A DNA stretch of 63,999 bases, filler included, from Diploschistes diacapsis (taxonomy: Eukaryota): assembly GCA_023645945.1 (NCBI GenBank). It is 5 parts of 5 records of this genome, joined end to end, with 100 filler letters (N's around TTAATTAATTAA, not from the genome) between each part and the next. Parts side by side here need not be neighbours in the genome. Positions count along the whole stretch, not along the records: positions 39,551 to 52,608 come from JALAIB010000692.1; positions 52,709 to 63,999 come from JALAIB010000843.1; 3 more parts are not named here. One strand, given 5' to 3'. The notes beneath the pieces are model-generated. The model saw nothing but the letters and a program-made list of their open reading frames with translations. It did no database searches and was not told where the DNA came from. The position numbers were made by a program, and so were the translations under genes. Below, piece after piece: positions 50,449 to 62,451 of the stretch. Within the stretch, counting starts at the first letter, position 1; each line of letters begins with the position of its first letter.

Positions 50449-52429
50449 ATGTCCGCATCAGGCTCCTCCACAACAGGCCGTCCAGGCATTGGCAAGGGAC
50501 GTGCAAAGGCCTGTACATCCTGTCGTCAGGTCAAACTCAGATGTGATGCACATGAAAAGACGCGGGCTCCATGCACGCGCTGCGAAAGCCAGGGTCTGGA
50601 GTGTAGGATGGATCCTACCTTCAAGCGAGTGCCGGCAAGGCGTCAACTCGAGGAGGTCTCCAACCGGTTGAACCATCTTCAAAGATCGCTCGGTCTTGAC
50701 CAAAATCTCCCGGCCCAGGCAGGGTTGGAGGATTACATGCGACTCTCGCACCGACCCGAGCCCATACGGCAGCTACCACTCCCGGGAGGTTACACTTCGT
50801 CTATAAGCGATGCTTCCTCACTGCCGGACGACTCCTCGTCCTCCTACAATGGGCCGATCCAGTTCTACGCCCTCGAGAACGAGAACGAGACAGGATCGTG
50901 GACGCTCGGCGATGTGACTTTCAATGCCCACCAGGTCCGAACGCTGTTCAAGCACTTTGACGAGACTCACTACAAGCATGGCCCCTTTCTCGAGCCTTGT
51001 ACTTCGCTGAATTCGTACTACCAGTCTAGCGAGCTGCTTTTCTGGACTGTCTGCATGACAGGCTGCTTTGTTTTCAATGAGTTCGATCAGTACCATTACA
51101 AATTGATTCCCCATCATCGGCTACTATTATCTAGCAAGATGATGGGAGACAGAATCACGCTCAAGACCGTTCACGCCATGCTATGCATGGCTACGTGGAC
51201 ATATCCCGTAAGCAGCCAATACGACGACTTGACTTGGATGCTTTGCGGCGCAGCAATCCACATGGGGATGATGATGGGGTTGCACAAACCGGGCCACGTT
51301 CATGAATATGCAGCCATCCTCCAGCGAGATCCGGGTTCTGCTTATGTTAGGAATGTTACCTGGTTGAGTATTTTCATAACAAGCACAGGGTACGAAATCC
51401 TTCTTGGGACCCCTGCAGGCGTGCTGACAGTTCATAGAATCAGTTCGTGGTTGGGAATGCCTCCACCCTTGGGCGCCGCATCGCATATAGAGACCATCAC
51501 CATTCTCTGTAAAGATAGCAGTATTCCGAAATGGTATCGAGCCCGTGCGGAGATTCATCGTCAGACGGTGCAACTCGTCAATTCTGTCGACTCCAAAGTA
51601 GACTTTCGTACACGCCACTCGCTGATCAGGATTTTCGAGGGGGAGCTCGATCGTGTTAAGGACCTCTATGATGATGTGTGGAACGACGACCTTGAGATCG
51701 AGTGGCAAGGGGCTAGGCTCTACCTCTACGGTATAGCCTTCATTTCACCGGGCCCCAGCGCGAATTCCTTCAGCGCCGACGCGGCTCTTGCGGCTCGCGA
51801 GGTCTTGCAGAAAGGCCTCGCCGCAGCGGTAGGTGCCCTCGATACCGTAAATAACATGAAATTGCCGTATACCCGGCAAGGCGATAATCGCTGCGACGTT
51901 CCAGATCACGTGTACCAGCTAGGCTTCTATCCCAAGCATTTCTTTAGGATTGGCGCTTTCGCAAACTTCTACCTTCTTTGGTTCCTGGGCGTCGACACGT
52001 CGGCTTCCGAACAGGACAAGGAGCTTGCACGAACGTACATCGCCTTCACCTACAGATTGCTGCTGTCCTTCACCCACTCTCCCGAGCATGAGCGCGCCGG
52101 AAAGTCGATCGAAGCCTTGGCGCGCCTTCCCATCGCCGCGGGAAAAATCTCCCAGCTGCGCGTCCATTCGCGACTCGGCGCCTCTTTCATGTACGGTTAC
52201 TCGCTCGACGGCGCGTCCGAGGCCGACATCAGCTCCCGCATCCCTTTGCTGGGCGTCGACACCGTTGGCCCCGGCGGCGCTGCGCACCCGAAGCTCGCGC
52301 GCGCCGAGTCCGAGACCAGTCCCTCGACTTACACCGAGTACACTCCGTACTCGGATCGCACCCCGCAGTCTTCGCGGCTCATGCCAAACGACATCATGCA
52401 GCCCCTGCAGCCGCGCCACGCGCAGCAGC

Positions 52430-52476
<47 letters not shown>

Positions 52477-52608
52477 AAACCCCATCAACCCCATCAACCT
52501 CCTCAACCTTCTCATCCTCCTCATCCTCTTCAGCCCCAACAACAACCGCTCCAGCAGCAAGAACAGCCCCACCCCTCGCCCCAGCACCAACAACAGCCGC
52601 ATCACCCC
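50449..52608 (+). CDS. Zn(II)2Cys6 transcription factor, SEF1/LEU3-like; 3' end cut by the contig end; probable in-frame intron 51390-51437
   Basis: ACTSCRQVKLRCDA......PCTRCESQGLECRMDPTFKR, middle homology region LLFWTVC...MGLHKP, and a polyQ/PH-rich tail. Confidence 0.88.
52423..52475 (+). repeat. (CAG)2(CAA)n coding polyglutamine tract
   Basis: Directly visible; in frame with the Zn2Cys6 ORF. Confidence 0.95.
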
Positions 52609-52708
52609 NNNNNNNNNNNNNNNNNNNNNNNNNNNNNNNNNNNNNNNNNNNNTTAATTAATTAANNNNNNNNNNNNNNNNNNNNNNNNNNNNNNNNNNNN
52701 NNNNNNNN
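52609..52708. other. Artificial contig-joining spacer
   Basis: 44 N + TTAATTAATTAA + 44 N. Confidence 0.99.
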
Positions 52709-53249
52709 GAGGGAGGGGGGGCACCAAACTCCATTGTGACGAGCTGCCACTCATATCAAAAACATCCGTTGAGAGCTGAACAGCGTGGCAAGCCAATCAT
52801 GCCCTGATGCATGGCTGAGCCATCAGGAAAAAGACGTGGAAAAAAAAACCAAAAAAACAACCGCAAAACAACTCAAAATAGTTTATCGTTGTGTGGCAAC
52901 TGAGGCGTCGAGAAGCGCTCATTCTTTCAGAGAGGCTACGCTCTGGGAAATTCGACCTTGATTTGGATGCGATTTGAAAAGCACAATCACGCCAAAGTTG
53001 AACGGGGAAGCAACTACTGGTCTTTGAAGCAGCCAATAATGTGCCGAAACGGTCAAGAGGGGCACCTCCAACAATTCAAAGATAGAACTTGCCCCAAGAC
53101 ATGACGTTGCTCACCAATCTGCTACGGTGATTTTTGTCTGATTTCCATTCTCAAATCGTCTTTACTTGTCAGCTAGCATCAGTAGAAGCTGGATGGAAAT
53201 GGATGCCCCTATGTCTCTTGGCCTTCCTGCGCTCTTCTATGCTTTAATA

Positions 53250-54778
53250 TTAGCTGCTTGATTGTCGAACTGAAGCACTGCTTTTCAAATCCTCGCCAAT
53301 TTCAGGAATTAAGAAAGCTCGAAGACTCTGCTCCCAGTCTAGATCTCTAACTCCCTTTCCAATCAAAACCATCTTACTGGCAATCGGCCTTTCTTGGAGA
53401 TTGTGTTGCCGATGTTTGACGTCTGTAATCTCAAAGACCTCGCGTACTCCCTGAATCATTCGGGTCTCTCCAGAAACTAGAACAACGAGGCCTTTCAAAC
53501 GATGGATCTCAAAATGTGGTGCAGAACCTTCTGCTTCTTTTAAAGGCCCTGATTGTGGAAATTCAGACTCCCACAAAACTCTTTGCAACCAAAAGTCCAA
53601 TCTTGATAATGCAGTATCGTCCAGTGCTGGAAATTCGAAAGTTATGGTGCCGATAACCTGATAAAACAAGTCAGGTTCGTACCTGGCATCTTCCGAGCAC
53701 CGGATTACATACGGGATCTAAGTGGCTGTGGCCACAATGTGAGGTCTGAAGCTGCCCTAGGTTGTCGTAGGCATGCAGATCCAAAACCACTCCCTCTAGT
53801 TTTGTCAGTTGGCTGTATTTCGTCTCCTCAATCTTGGCAAGACTATTTATGCTCCGAATGCGGTCTTTTGTATCATCTAGGTCTCTCGTCATTACCGTGT
53901 CAACTTTATTCAAAAGGATAATGTCGGCATGTGATATTTGGACATGCGCAATTGTCAAGGTTTCATCGTGGGTCACGTTGGGCTCTCCTGCATCCGCTGT
54001 TGAACCCAGACCTCCGGAATCATCAAGGTTTCTGACGATGTTCTTTGCATCCACAACCGTTACGATTCCGTCCAGGTATATAGTACTGCCGAGCCCCTCG
54101 TCGACCCAGAACAACGGAGCAATGTTTCCGGGATCAGCCAGTCCCGACGTTTCCAGCAGAATATAATCGAAAGCACCTTGGCGCTCCATTAACGACTCGA
54201 TGGCGTTAACACCGGCGTCTCTGCGAGGTGTGTGAGTTAGGCTACAGGAAAATGGGGACGCATGTGTTGAACGAAGTACTTGACAGAGCAACAGATACAG
54301 CCATTTCCTAGCTCGAGCCATTCCTGAACTTCCTGCCCATCTTGGTTGATTGTCAGAGCCTTTTCGATGTCGGTAGCTGTTAAGGTGCTTAGTGCTCGGA
54401 AATCCTCCTGGATTTGTAAACAAACAGTTGCCAAACTCTTTTCTATGATTAGCACAGTCATCTTAGTGGTCATAGCGGTTGTCACGCGCCATTTAGGATG
54501 ACGGCGATTCTCTTCCCGTGTTGCTCCTTCAAGATGTAGTTCATCAAAGTAGTTTTGCCGGCTCCAAGGTATCCTTCATGGCTATTAACCTCTTGAACTA
54601 GGCACAGCACCGACCGCTTCAAACCTGTAACAATGGTGATGGGCACCTTTTTAATAGGCGCGGTCATGGGTAATAGCCCATCTTCGTCACCGTGCCCTTC
54701 GCGCACGTCTTCTATGGTCCGACTGCCATCAACGAGGGCAGGAGGTTCATCACCTCCTGTATCGTCAGATGCACTCAT
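53250..54778 (-). CDS. ZNG1: COG0523/CobW G3E GTPase, zinc metallochaperone ZNG1 homolog, multi-exon
   Basis: [33 protein letters not shown] (CxCC), [13 protein letters not shown], and CobW_C region HRLKG...[10 protein letters not shown]...KMVLIG. N-terminal DEPPALV resembles the MetAP1-docking peptide. Confidence 0.9.
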
Positions 54779-55664
54779 TCTAGAATCAGCCTTGACCTGC
54801 CAACCGTTTCGTACGCGCTACGCAGTCTTATTAGGGTGTTTGGTTCAATCTCATGGGGTATATTGATAAGAGAACGAACCTAAAGGTACCTAAGTAAGTA
54901 TTTTAAGGTTATATCGTGGGATGTTTAAGCCCTTACCTTGGTCTTGGCATTTGTCCCCACTCTTCGCTTTAGTAATTCCGAGTCACGTGTCTGCACGCTT
55001 GGCGGATAAGCTTTAGCAGCGACAGACAGCGACAGCACAGCAGCTTCACTTCAGCAGCTATCAAAGTCTTTCAGAGATCTTGTAATATGACCAAACGGTG
55101 GGAATTTTTCGGGATAGTGGCCATACTGAAGCTCTCTGAAAAACTCTGTAGCTGCTGAAACGCTGCTATCACCGGCCGTGGTCGAAGATGTGGGAGGCGG
55201 AAGCTAGGGATTCAAATACTAGTACAGATTGTCTTGGAAGCTAACTCGAAAATGTTCCGCAATATACACGATATGGAACGATCGGAGCTTAGCGCCTCCA
55301 AGGAACACCGACTTTAGAGAATCATAAGGCTGTGCGAGACAACACGTCGGCCTCTGTAAGGCAGAGCAAAAGGGTTCCGGCTATTAAGTCATGGTGTTGC
55401 CCTGAAGCTACCCGCATAAACTTCCTCATTCAGCAGAAGCAGTTGATTCTTCGCGTCTTACTCACTAAACCAATTAAATATACGTTACAAGTAACAAGGT
55501 CTTGGCGGCTGGGGACGGCCAGAGCAGCCCTGCAGGGGTAGCTCGTCAACCTTGGATCTCAAGCTTACAAGCTCTAGTCGGGCTTTTCCCACATCAGACA
55601 AGACCTTTGTGAAAGTATACAAGCCACTCTCGCTCTTGCTGGTATCTCTCTTAGCCTCTCACCC

Positions 55665-57151
55665 ATGTCTTCGCCCTCTCCCAAAGGACATGCCTCGCCA
55701 ACAAGCTCTCCGCGTCTCCCAAGTCCTCCTCCGTTTCCAGAAGTTCAAATAGGACCTCGATCTCCTTCTCCCAGTGGCATTGCGTCAGACTTGGAAAATG
55801 ACAAGGCGTCTGCGGAGCAGAACGCGTCCCGCAGGATTCGTCCAGGCACAAAAGCTTCAGATATGGCTTCCGGACCCCCATTAATACCGCTGTCTGAGGT
55901 AAGCTTGATCTTCCTACTTGTCGCGATCATTTGAGGTCGTCTGTTAAGGACATGGTGGAGTGCTGACTTCTGTAGCTGGACTCTCCGTTTCAACTTCAAG
56001 AACATCTCAAAGCACTATATCTTGACGCGACCCGCTCAGATCAAAGCAACACTACAGTCCCAATAACAAGGGAAACGGCCACAATACTCGCAACACCCCC
56101 CGATAACATCGACCGCTCCCTGTGGCTCTACGAGCTCTGTCGCTTCCTGGTCCAGAAAGCCAACGGCCTGATTGTAGGCTTCTTCTCCGACAACCCACCC
56201 TGCTCAGCAAAAGACTGCCCAGAAATGCGGGCTTCGGAGTGGCAATATCTATGCGCAGTCCACGATCCCCCGAAGTTGTGCTGCGCAATCGACTACTGCT
56301 GCCACACCCTGGACTGGGCCGCCAACATTCTGACCTCGCAGAAACACTTCCCAAGCCGCCTGACGTTGGGCGGCGACGCTCCCGGTGGAAGCCAAGCCAG
56401 CGTGCGCCAGCTCACCAACATCTTCCGCAGGGTGTACCGCATGTTCGCGCACGCCTGGTTCCAGCATAAAGACGTCTTCTGGAGCCTGGAGAACCAGGAG
56501 GGCATATACGTCTTCTACAAAACCGTTTGCGACATCTATCAGCTTATCCCGGAGGAGAACTACACGATCCCTCCGGAAGCAGAAGGTCTAGCTCTAGAAG
56601 AAGAAGAGCAGCCGCTACGCCGGGAGCAAGATCTGCCCGACTACCCAAACCATCAGCGACGCAGTGGCGTACCTGAGAAGACCTCGACCTCGAACCAAGC
56701 CGACAACAGCAGCACCCAGAAGACAACGACGACGACAACGACGATCAGCACAGGCGCCACCACAAGGCGGCACAAGCACACGCCCTCAACTGGCTCCTTC
56801 GTAACGACGATCCAGGAAGGCGACGAAGAGGGCGAGGACCCGCGCGAGGCCGCAGATCCGCCCCTCGACACGGCATCGACGATCAGCATCGTCGAACCCG
56901 CCCAGCAACGCTCTGACGGGGACCCAGGAAGCCCAGTGGACGCCACCAAGGAATCCAATGTCGAGCCACAACAAGCTAGCGCCGCGAACGAAATCGAGAA
57001 CGCCAGCGCTCACGAGTCTCCGGCTGCGGTTGGAAGGACCAACAGCCCGAAGAAGGAATCCGGACAACGGGAGGAAACACCGGCCAGCGAGCCATCGCCT
57101 TTGCCGGCGGAAACGAAAAGCCAGAGTGCAGAGGCCGAGAGCAGCGGCTGA
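55665..57151 (+). CDS. MOB3: Mob3/phocein (STRIPAK subunit); intron 55899-55975
   Basis: RRIRPGTKA.DMASGPPL.PLSE|LDSPFQLQEHL, LWLYELCRFL, CPEMRASEWQYLCAVHDPPK.CCAIDYCCHTLDWAA and FRRVYRMFAHAWFQH. Confidence 0.93.
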
Positions 57152-57684
57152 GAGCAGCGCAGCTGTCTGAACGCTATTAATTTTTTTCGAGAAGCATGTT
57201 GAGCGATTCGGATTCAGTTTACGTGTACAAAGATACCCATCGTCGTTGTTGTCAGCTTTTTGAACATTCGAAGCTCGTTCATGATATATGCCCAGCTAGA
57301 AAGTCCGTTCATTGTCAAGCCAGTATCTCTACTACCTCCTCATTGCATCTTCGTCGTCTTCACGATGCCTGTAGCCTTTGGTGGCTCCCCTATGTATCTT
57401 AGTAGCCACCCAAGTCTCTCTCCGAACCGAAGATCCCCCGTCCCATAGTTGGCGGAAAGACAAGACGTGGCCTGAACTTGATGATAAAAACAGAATAGCC
57501 CTCGAGGCGAATCCAACCCGACCCAATGCGCAGGAGCCGCATTGCCACGCTAAATCCAAGAAAACACAGCTATACATGAAATCAGGGGGGGGGTATCACA
57601 AACAGTCGCCGATTCCACCCAATCCAGTCGAAAACAATCAAAATCCAATCCAACGTCCGCTTGCTTCAAAAAAAACCCCTCTCT

Positions 57685-59295
57685 TCACCGCCCTCGTTCG
57701 GCCAAAAAAGCAACCGGCAAATCCAGCACCTCCTCGCCCCTATCCTCCCTTCTGATTACGCTTTCGCCGCTTTCGCCGCTCTTCCTGCTCCCGCCACTCC
57801 CCGCCGACTTTACGGTACCCGACCTCCGCACAACGCTCCCCTGGCCAACGCTAATCTCGCTCGAACTCGTCCTCGCTCGCCCCAACCCCGCTCCAACTCG
57901 TGCCCCCGGCCCCAAGTCCGGCCCAGTACCCGTCCCCATCTCCATCTCCGCCCTTCCACCCACCTCAACCGCCCTCCTCTTCGCCCTTGCACTCGCGCTC
58001 GCGCTCAACCCCTGACTCCCACCATACCGCGACACCGTTCCCGCCGTGTTCGTCCTCGACCTCCTCCCCGGCCGCGTAAATGCCGTGTGCGCCGACCTCT
58101 CGCTCCCACTCTCGTTCCCGCTGTCGCTATTACGCATGTTCTCGTCTTCGTTGTAATTATTGTAGGAAGAGGAAGAGGAGGATGGGCCAGACGACTGGTC
58201 TCCAGCGTGCCCGCTCGAGAGAGAAGCGGGGTAGGGCATGAGGTGCGGGGTTTGGAAGGGGGTCTGGTATGCGCTGGGCGTCGGCGAGGCGCGGGAGGCG
58301 CGGGAGCGGACATAGGAGGGGGGGCCTATTCTTGTTGGGTTGTGGGAAGGTCGGGCGCTGCTGATGGACGTATTTGAAGAGGAGGCGGCGAGCGAGGCGA
58401 TGGCCGACGGAGAGGGAGGCTGGAGGGATTGCAGGATTGTGGTGAAGTCTGCGAGGAGAGCGCGGAAGGTGGGTCCATGGAGGGGCTGCTGGGAGAAGCG
58501 GGAGGTTTCGTAGAGGGCGAGGAAGCGGAATGGTAGGCCGAGGTTGGTAGGGGTGGTAGGGAGCATGTGGAGGGAGGAGAGGAGGGAGAGGTATTCTCTC
58601 AGTGGCATGGAGGCTGGGCGCTGGAGGATGGAGACCACGAGCGGGTCTGGAGGAGGTGATTGTGTCGTGTCGGGGTTGATCGTGTTCGTAATTTCGTTTT
58701 CGGGATCGAAGAGCGGATCAGGCGGGGCGAGGGAAACGGCCTTGGTCTCGATGAGGTTTGGGAATTCGAGGAGAACTAGCTCGTAGTGCAGGCTCGGCAT
58801 GTCCGGTGAGCAAGGGGAGGACCAGCCTGGATGCTCGATCTTGAGCCATGTCCTCATATGCGTGAGAGACATCGTGTCTGGGGCTAGCTTCGACCCGTTG
58901 GACTTGTGCGTTTGCTCTAACTCCGACACCTCCTCTTGTCGCACCTCGCGTGGATGCGCATTGTACGCTATCACCGCGCTGCGCGCTAGACCCTCAGTTA
59001 TAAGCTTGCGGACGGATCTGCTGATATCGCCTTCGCGGATCGGTACGTAGGAGCGAGGGATTGCGGTTAACTGGGTGCGCGCTGTGTAGAGGCGGGTCGC
59101 GATGATGAAAAGAGCGACGAAGAGCGTCAGAGCGTAGACGCCGGCAATGATGATAATGTTCCATGATTCACCTAGCTCAAGGGATTGATAGATGAGATCT
59201 CCGGGTGATATAAGGAGGAGAAGGATTTCGGCTAGTAGCAAGAGGGTGAATGTTGTGCTGTAAAATAGCTGGAAGATGAAGTGACGGGCACGCAT
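57685..59295 (-). CDS. DLT1: Defect at low temperature protein 1 homolog (two N-terminal TM helices, Ser/Gly/Arg-rich tail)
   Basis: FYSTTF...LLLISPGD.IYQ, IIAGVY.LT, RLYT.R..L.AIPR...PI..GD, L.RSA.IAY...PR, HPGWSSP and LIETKAVSLAPPDP. First ATG is 59295. Confidence 0.82.
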   Translation of the reverse strand: MRARHFIFQLFYSTTFTLLLLAEILLLLISPGDLIYQSLELGESWNIIIIAGVYALTLFVALFIIATRLYTARTQLTAIPRSYVPIREGDISRSVRKLITEGLARSAVIAYNAHPREVRQEEVSELEQTHKSNGSKLAPDTMSLTHMRTWLKIEHPGWSSPCSPDMPSLHYELVLLEFPNLIETKAVSLAPPDPLFDPENEITNTINPDTTQSPPPDPLVVSILQRPASMPLREYLSLLSSLHMLPTTPTNLGLPFRFLALYETSRFSQQPLHGPTFRALLADFTTILQSLQPPSPSAIASLAASSSNTSISSARPSHNPTRIGPPSYVRSRASRASPTPSAYQTPFQTPHLMPYPASLSSGHAGDQSSGPSSSSSSYNNYNEDENMRNSDSGNESGSERSAHTAFTRPGRRSRTNTAGTVSRYGGSQGLSASASARAKRRAVEVGGRAEMEMGTGTGPDLGPGARVGAGLGRARTSSSEISVGQGSVVRRSGTVKSAGSGGSRKSGESGESVIRREDRGEEVLDLPVAFLAERGR

Positions 59296-59758
59296 TCTGT
59301 TGCAGCATCTTGGGAAAGAGTTGCGTGACTTCAGCAAGTCAACTCAAGAAACTTGTATAGTCATATAGCTACAAGTAGCTATTAAAATAACATAAGCAAG
59401 TTCTAAAAAAACTATATGTAGTTGTAGAAGTGAGCTTTTGCAGCTATGGTGTGTAGGATATGCAGATTTCTTTTTGGATAGGCTCCGTAGCTGGAACAAC
59501 GAGTTCCCATTCAGCAGCATCCACAGATTTAGGATTTGGCATCAGTCAGCACGAGTATAATCGCTGACCGATTTCCGTAATGCATTAAGCATGCATATTC
59601 TATTTACTTTGTGGTGAACCATTGTATCGGTTAGAGCTCTAAAGCCTTCAGTTCCCTCCCGTGATATCCTCTCAAAAAAACAATCCGTAGACGCCTCGCT
59701 TGCCATCATCTGCACGACGTACTCGACCAAAAAAATGGGTATCTCAATCGCTCCCAGC

Positions 59759-62104
59759 TCAAATATCCTTCTTGCCCTCATCGCTACCTGGTGTTCTCGT
59801 TTCGGAGCCCGCAAAATCCCAGCTGCCCTCGCTCCTACTTCGAGCCCTTTCCTTTCCCCTTTCCTGCATCGCTCCTCGAATTCTCTTACTGACCTCATCG
59901 AGGTTCGCCTTCGTCGTCATGGTCAGGCCCTTTGGAAAGCCGATAGAGCCCCCTCGAGCGCCGTTTCGACTCTGGCTTCTGCTAGAAGGCCGTGAGGCGA
60001 AGATACCAATGTTGCTAATATCGTGGAAAGATTCGTTACGCGGAAGCGGATCGTGGGCGGCTGATGGCTCGTTGCCCTCCATTACAGTCTGGCTGTCTTG
60101 ATCAATAGCACCACTCAGTTGGTTTCCAAATGTGGTGCCGGGCTGATCTTGAGGAAATGTAGAATTGTCCGGGCTATGAGTCTCTGGACCGGACAAAACA
60201 CCTTGCTTGAATGGGTCTGCGATGAGTCGAGCGTGCTTGAAATCGGGAAACATCTCGGGACCAAGAGTATTGATAAGCTCAGTTACTTCGTGGGTGAGGT
60301 ACTCTCTTTTCTTCCGCAACTTGACAAGAGTGTTCGATGAAGTAGGGTTCAAAGACAACACAAGAGGTCGCAGCGACTTCAAGATGTCCATTCCCGTCTC
60401 CCCAATGCGAAGAGCTGCGAATGTGATCATAGGGAAGATAATATATCCGGAGAGCATGATGACCCATAGAGGAACCCATTCAGGCATATAGCCTTGGACG
60501 CGATTTCTATAAGTCCACCAGGCGAGCGAAATGCTGTAGAAGTTGTATAGAATCGGAGCAAGTCCCATAGAAACCAACAGTTTCCATGTTGCCACAACGT
60601 CGCGCCCTTGAAGCTTCACCGTCGAGGCCGCCAGAGCTTCTCGAGACTTCTTGATCGAGATAATTTTGGAGGTGATGAACACGGGCGCAAAGAGAACCAG
60701 ACCCGGAAGCGTGCCGATAGCCAGCAGGGCCAGCTTCACTAGCCTGTATACCAAAGTGAAGAGCACAACAGGAACAGAAAGCTTAGCATACTCCACTTGA
60801 TGGTCCCGAATGCCCAAGAGCCAGAGCTGCTTGTTGTAGTCACTAACATCCTTTTTCAGCTTGACCACTCTCGGCTCATCCTTGTAATGCTGATAGCCTT
60901 GGGCCAAGCGACGATTGAGCTCGATTATCATAGGCAGAGGAAGCTTCTTTCCCTTCGGTTTGTACAAGCGACGAACAGCTTGGATTACCATGAGCGTGTC
61001 GTAGTCAGGACTGGTAACAGTGACCGCCAGAAGTCCCTGGTAGATTCGCTCCAGTAACTGTCGCGTAGCCTCTCTCTTCTCACCATTGCGATAAAGGTCG
61101 ACTAATTCTTTAGGGACGTCAATTGGCGTACCGAATTCCACTACAGCCCGGGAGCGAAATTTATGCGCATGAAAGTAATTCATTCCACAGGGAATGATCT
61201 TAAGCCCGCTGTCGGGGTTTTCGGCTAGCGATCCAAGCGCCATGATGGCGACACCCGCTAGGTTTCCGGTCAGCTAAACTCATCTTTAATACCGAGCTAT
61301 ACTGACGTTTCAACGGTAGAAGCTCGGTTCTGTCATGGCTGCCGCCTTCCGGGAAGATGCAAATGCAACCATCGGCCTTCAAACTGGCAAATACAGCTTC
61401 GAAGGCTTTTGACTGGTCGACTTTGGGCGCAGTCTTATATTTCGTCCCTTCGTAGCCGTCTATCGTTTTCAAGTTTGCGGGGTCGAGGATCTCATTCAGG
61501 CCCGTGAGCTGCTTGATGGCATCGTCTCCTTTGAACTCCTTCTTCAAGCGTATCTCATCAGAGCTTATCACTTCCGCTATCTCAGCCTGTCCGGTGTTCC
61601 CGTTCACTGTCGGTAGAACCAGGATTCCGGCTTTTTGTGCTTGCTTTTCAAAATCAGTCCCCACGCCTTTGATGAGGCACGGGTTTTCGGATGGACGTGG
61701 TAGGTATATTGTTCCCTTTCCTGGTTTTGCAAGGTCTAGTGCTCTTCCAACCGGTATAGATCCAAACCAACCAGACACAGTCCCGACAAACCGTCGGCCC
61801 ATAGACTTTGCAGCGATCACATTGGAGACACGGCGCCCGGCCTCGATGCGCAGTATACGCATCAATATAAGGGGGTCCACAAACTACCAAATATTAGCAC
61901 TTCTGATTACAATAAGCCCATTGAGGCACATACCTGGTTTGCGTGAGGTGCTGCAACGAACAAAACTGGGCCGCGTTTTGGAATACGCCATGAGCCTCTT
62001 GGATGCACCTCCCGAAAGAATAGGTCGACCAGAACAGACATGATCCATAGTATTAGATCGTAAAGCCAGGGTATCATCTTAGGCACATATTCCTTGTCCG
62101 CCAT
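59759..62104 (-). CDS. SCT1: Glycerol-3-phosphate/DHAP sn-1 acyltransferase (Sct1/Gpt2 family), 3 exons
   Basis: LFFRE..PRGSW.IP..GPV.FVAAPHANQ|FVDP, IPVGRALD, IFPEGGSHDR.ELLPLK|AGVAIMALG, PCGMNYFH.HKFRSRAV.EFG and GRDVVATWK. Confidence 0.93.
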
Positions 62105-62351
62105 GCTGGCAGAACGTAGGCTCCCAGGCGGAGCGACCTTGATTACGAAAGACAAAAATATGCCAAGTTAAGTATGCGAGCTATGCAGTAACGCTAGATT
62201 GTATGTGAATGATAGTGTAATGAGTGTGGTGTGAGTGAGATGCACAGAACTTTGGTGGATGGTTGGGAAAACTTGCTCCATCGAGTTGAACAGGCTATAC
62301 GTAAATGTATGTACTTTGCTGTAGTATGACGAAAGGTAGACGGCGTAGTCT

Positions 62352-62451
62352 GGAGCATGGCACCACGTATGATGTTGCTGCTCCGTTTAAAGGTGGCGGG
62401 GGGAGCATGACATTATCTATGATGTTGCTGCTCCGTTCGAAGGTGGCGGGG
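62352..62451 (+). repeat. Two-copy 50-bp tandem duplication in the divergent SCT1/MFS intergenic region
   Basis: ggagcatg...tatgatgttgctgctccgtt(ta/cg)aaggtggcggg starting at 62352 and 62402. Confidence 0.85.

Noticed and set aside
51919..52660. Poly-Leu (minus strand) and poly-Asn (shifted frame) ORFs
   Set aside because: Shadow frames of the CAA polyglutamine tract.
13147..52664. TTAATTAATTAA recurring about every 13.2 kb as a biological periodic element
   Set aside because: It is always centred in N runs of fixed length, so it is an assembly spacer.
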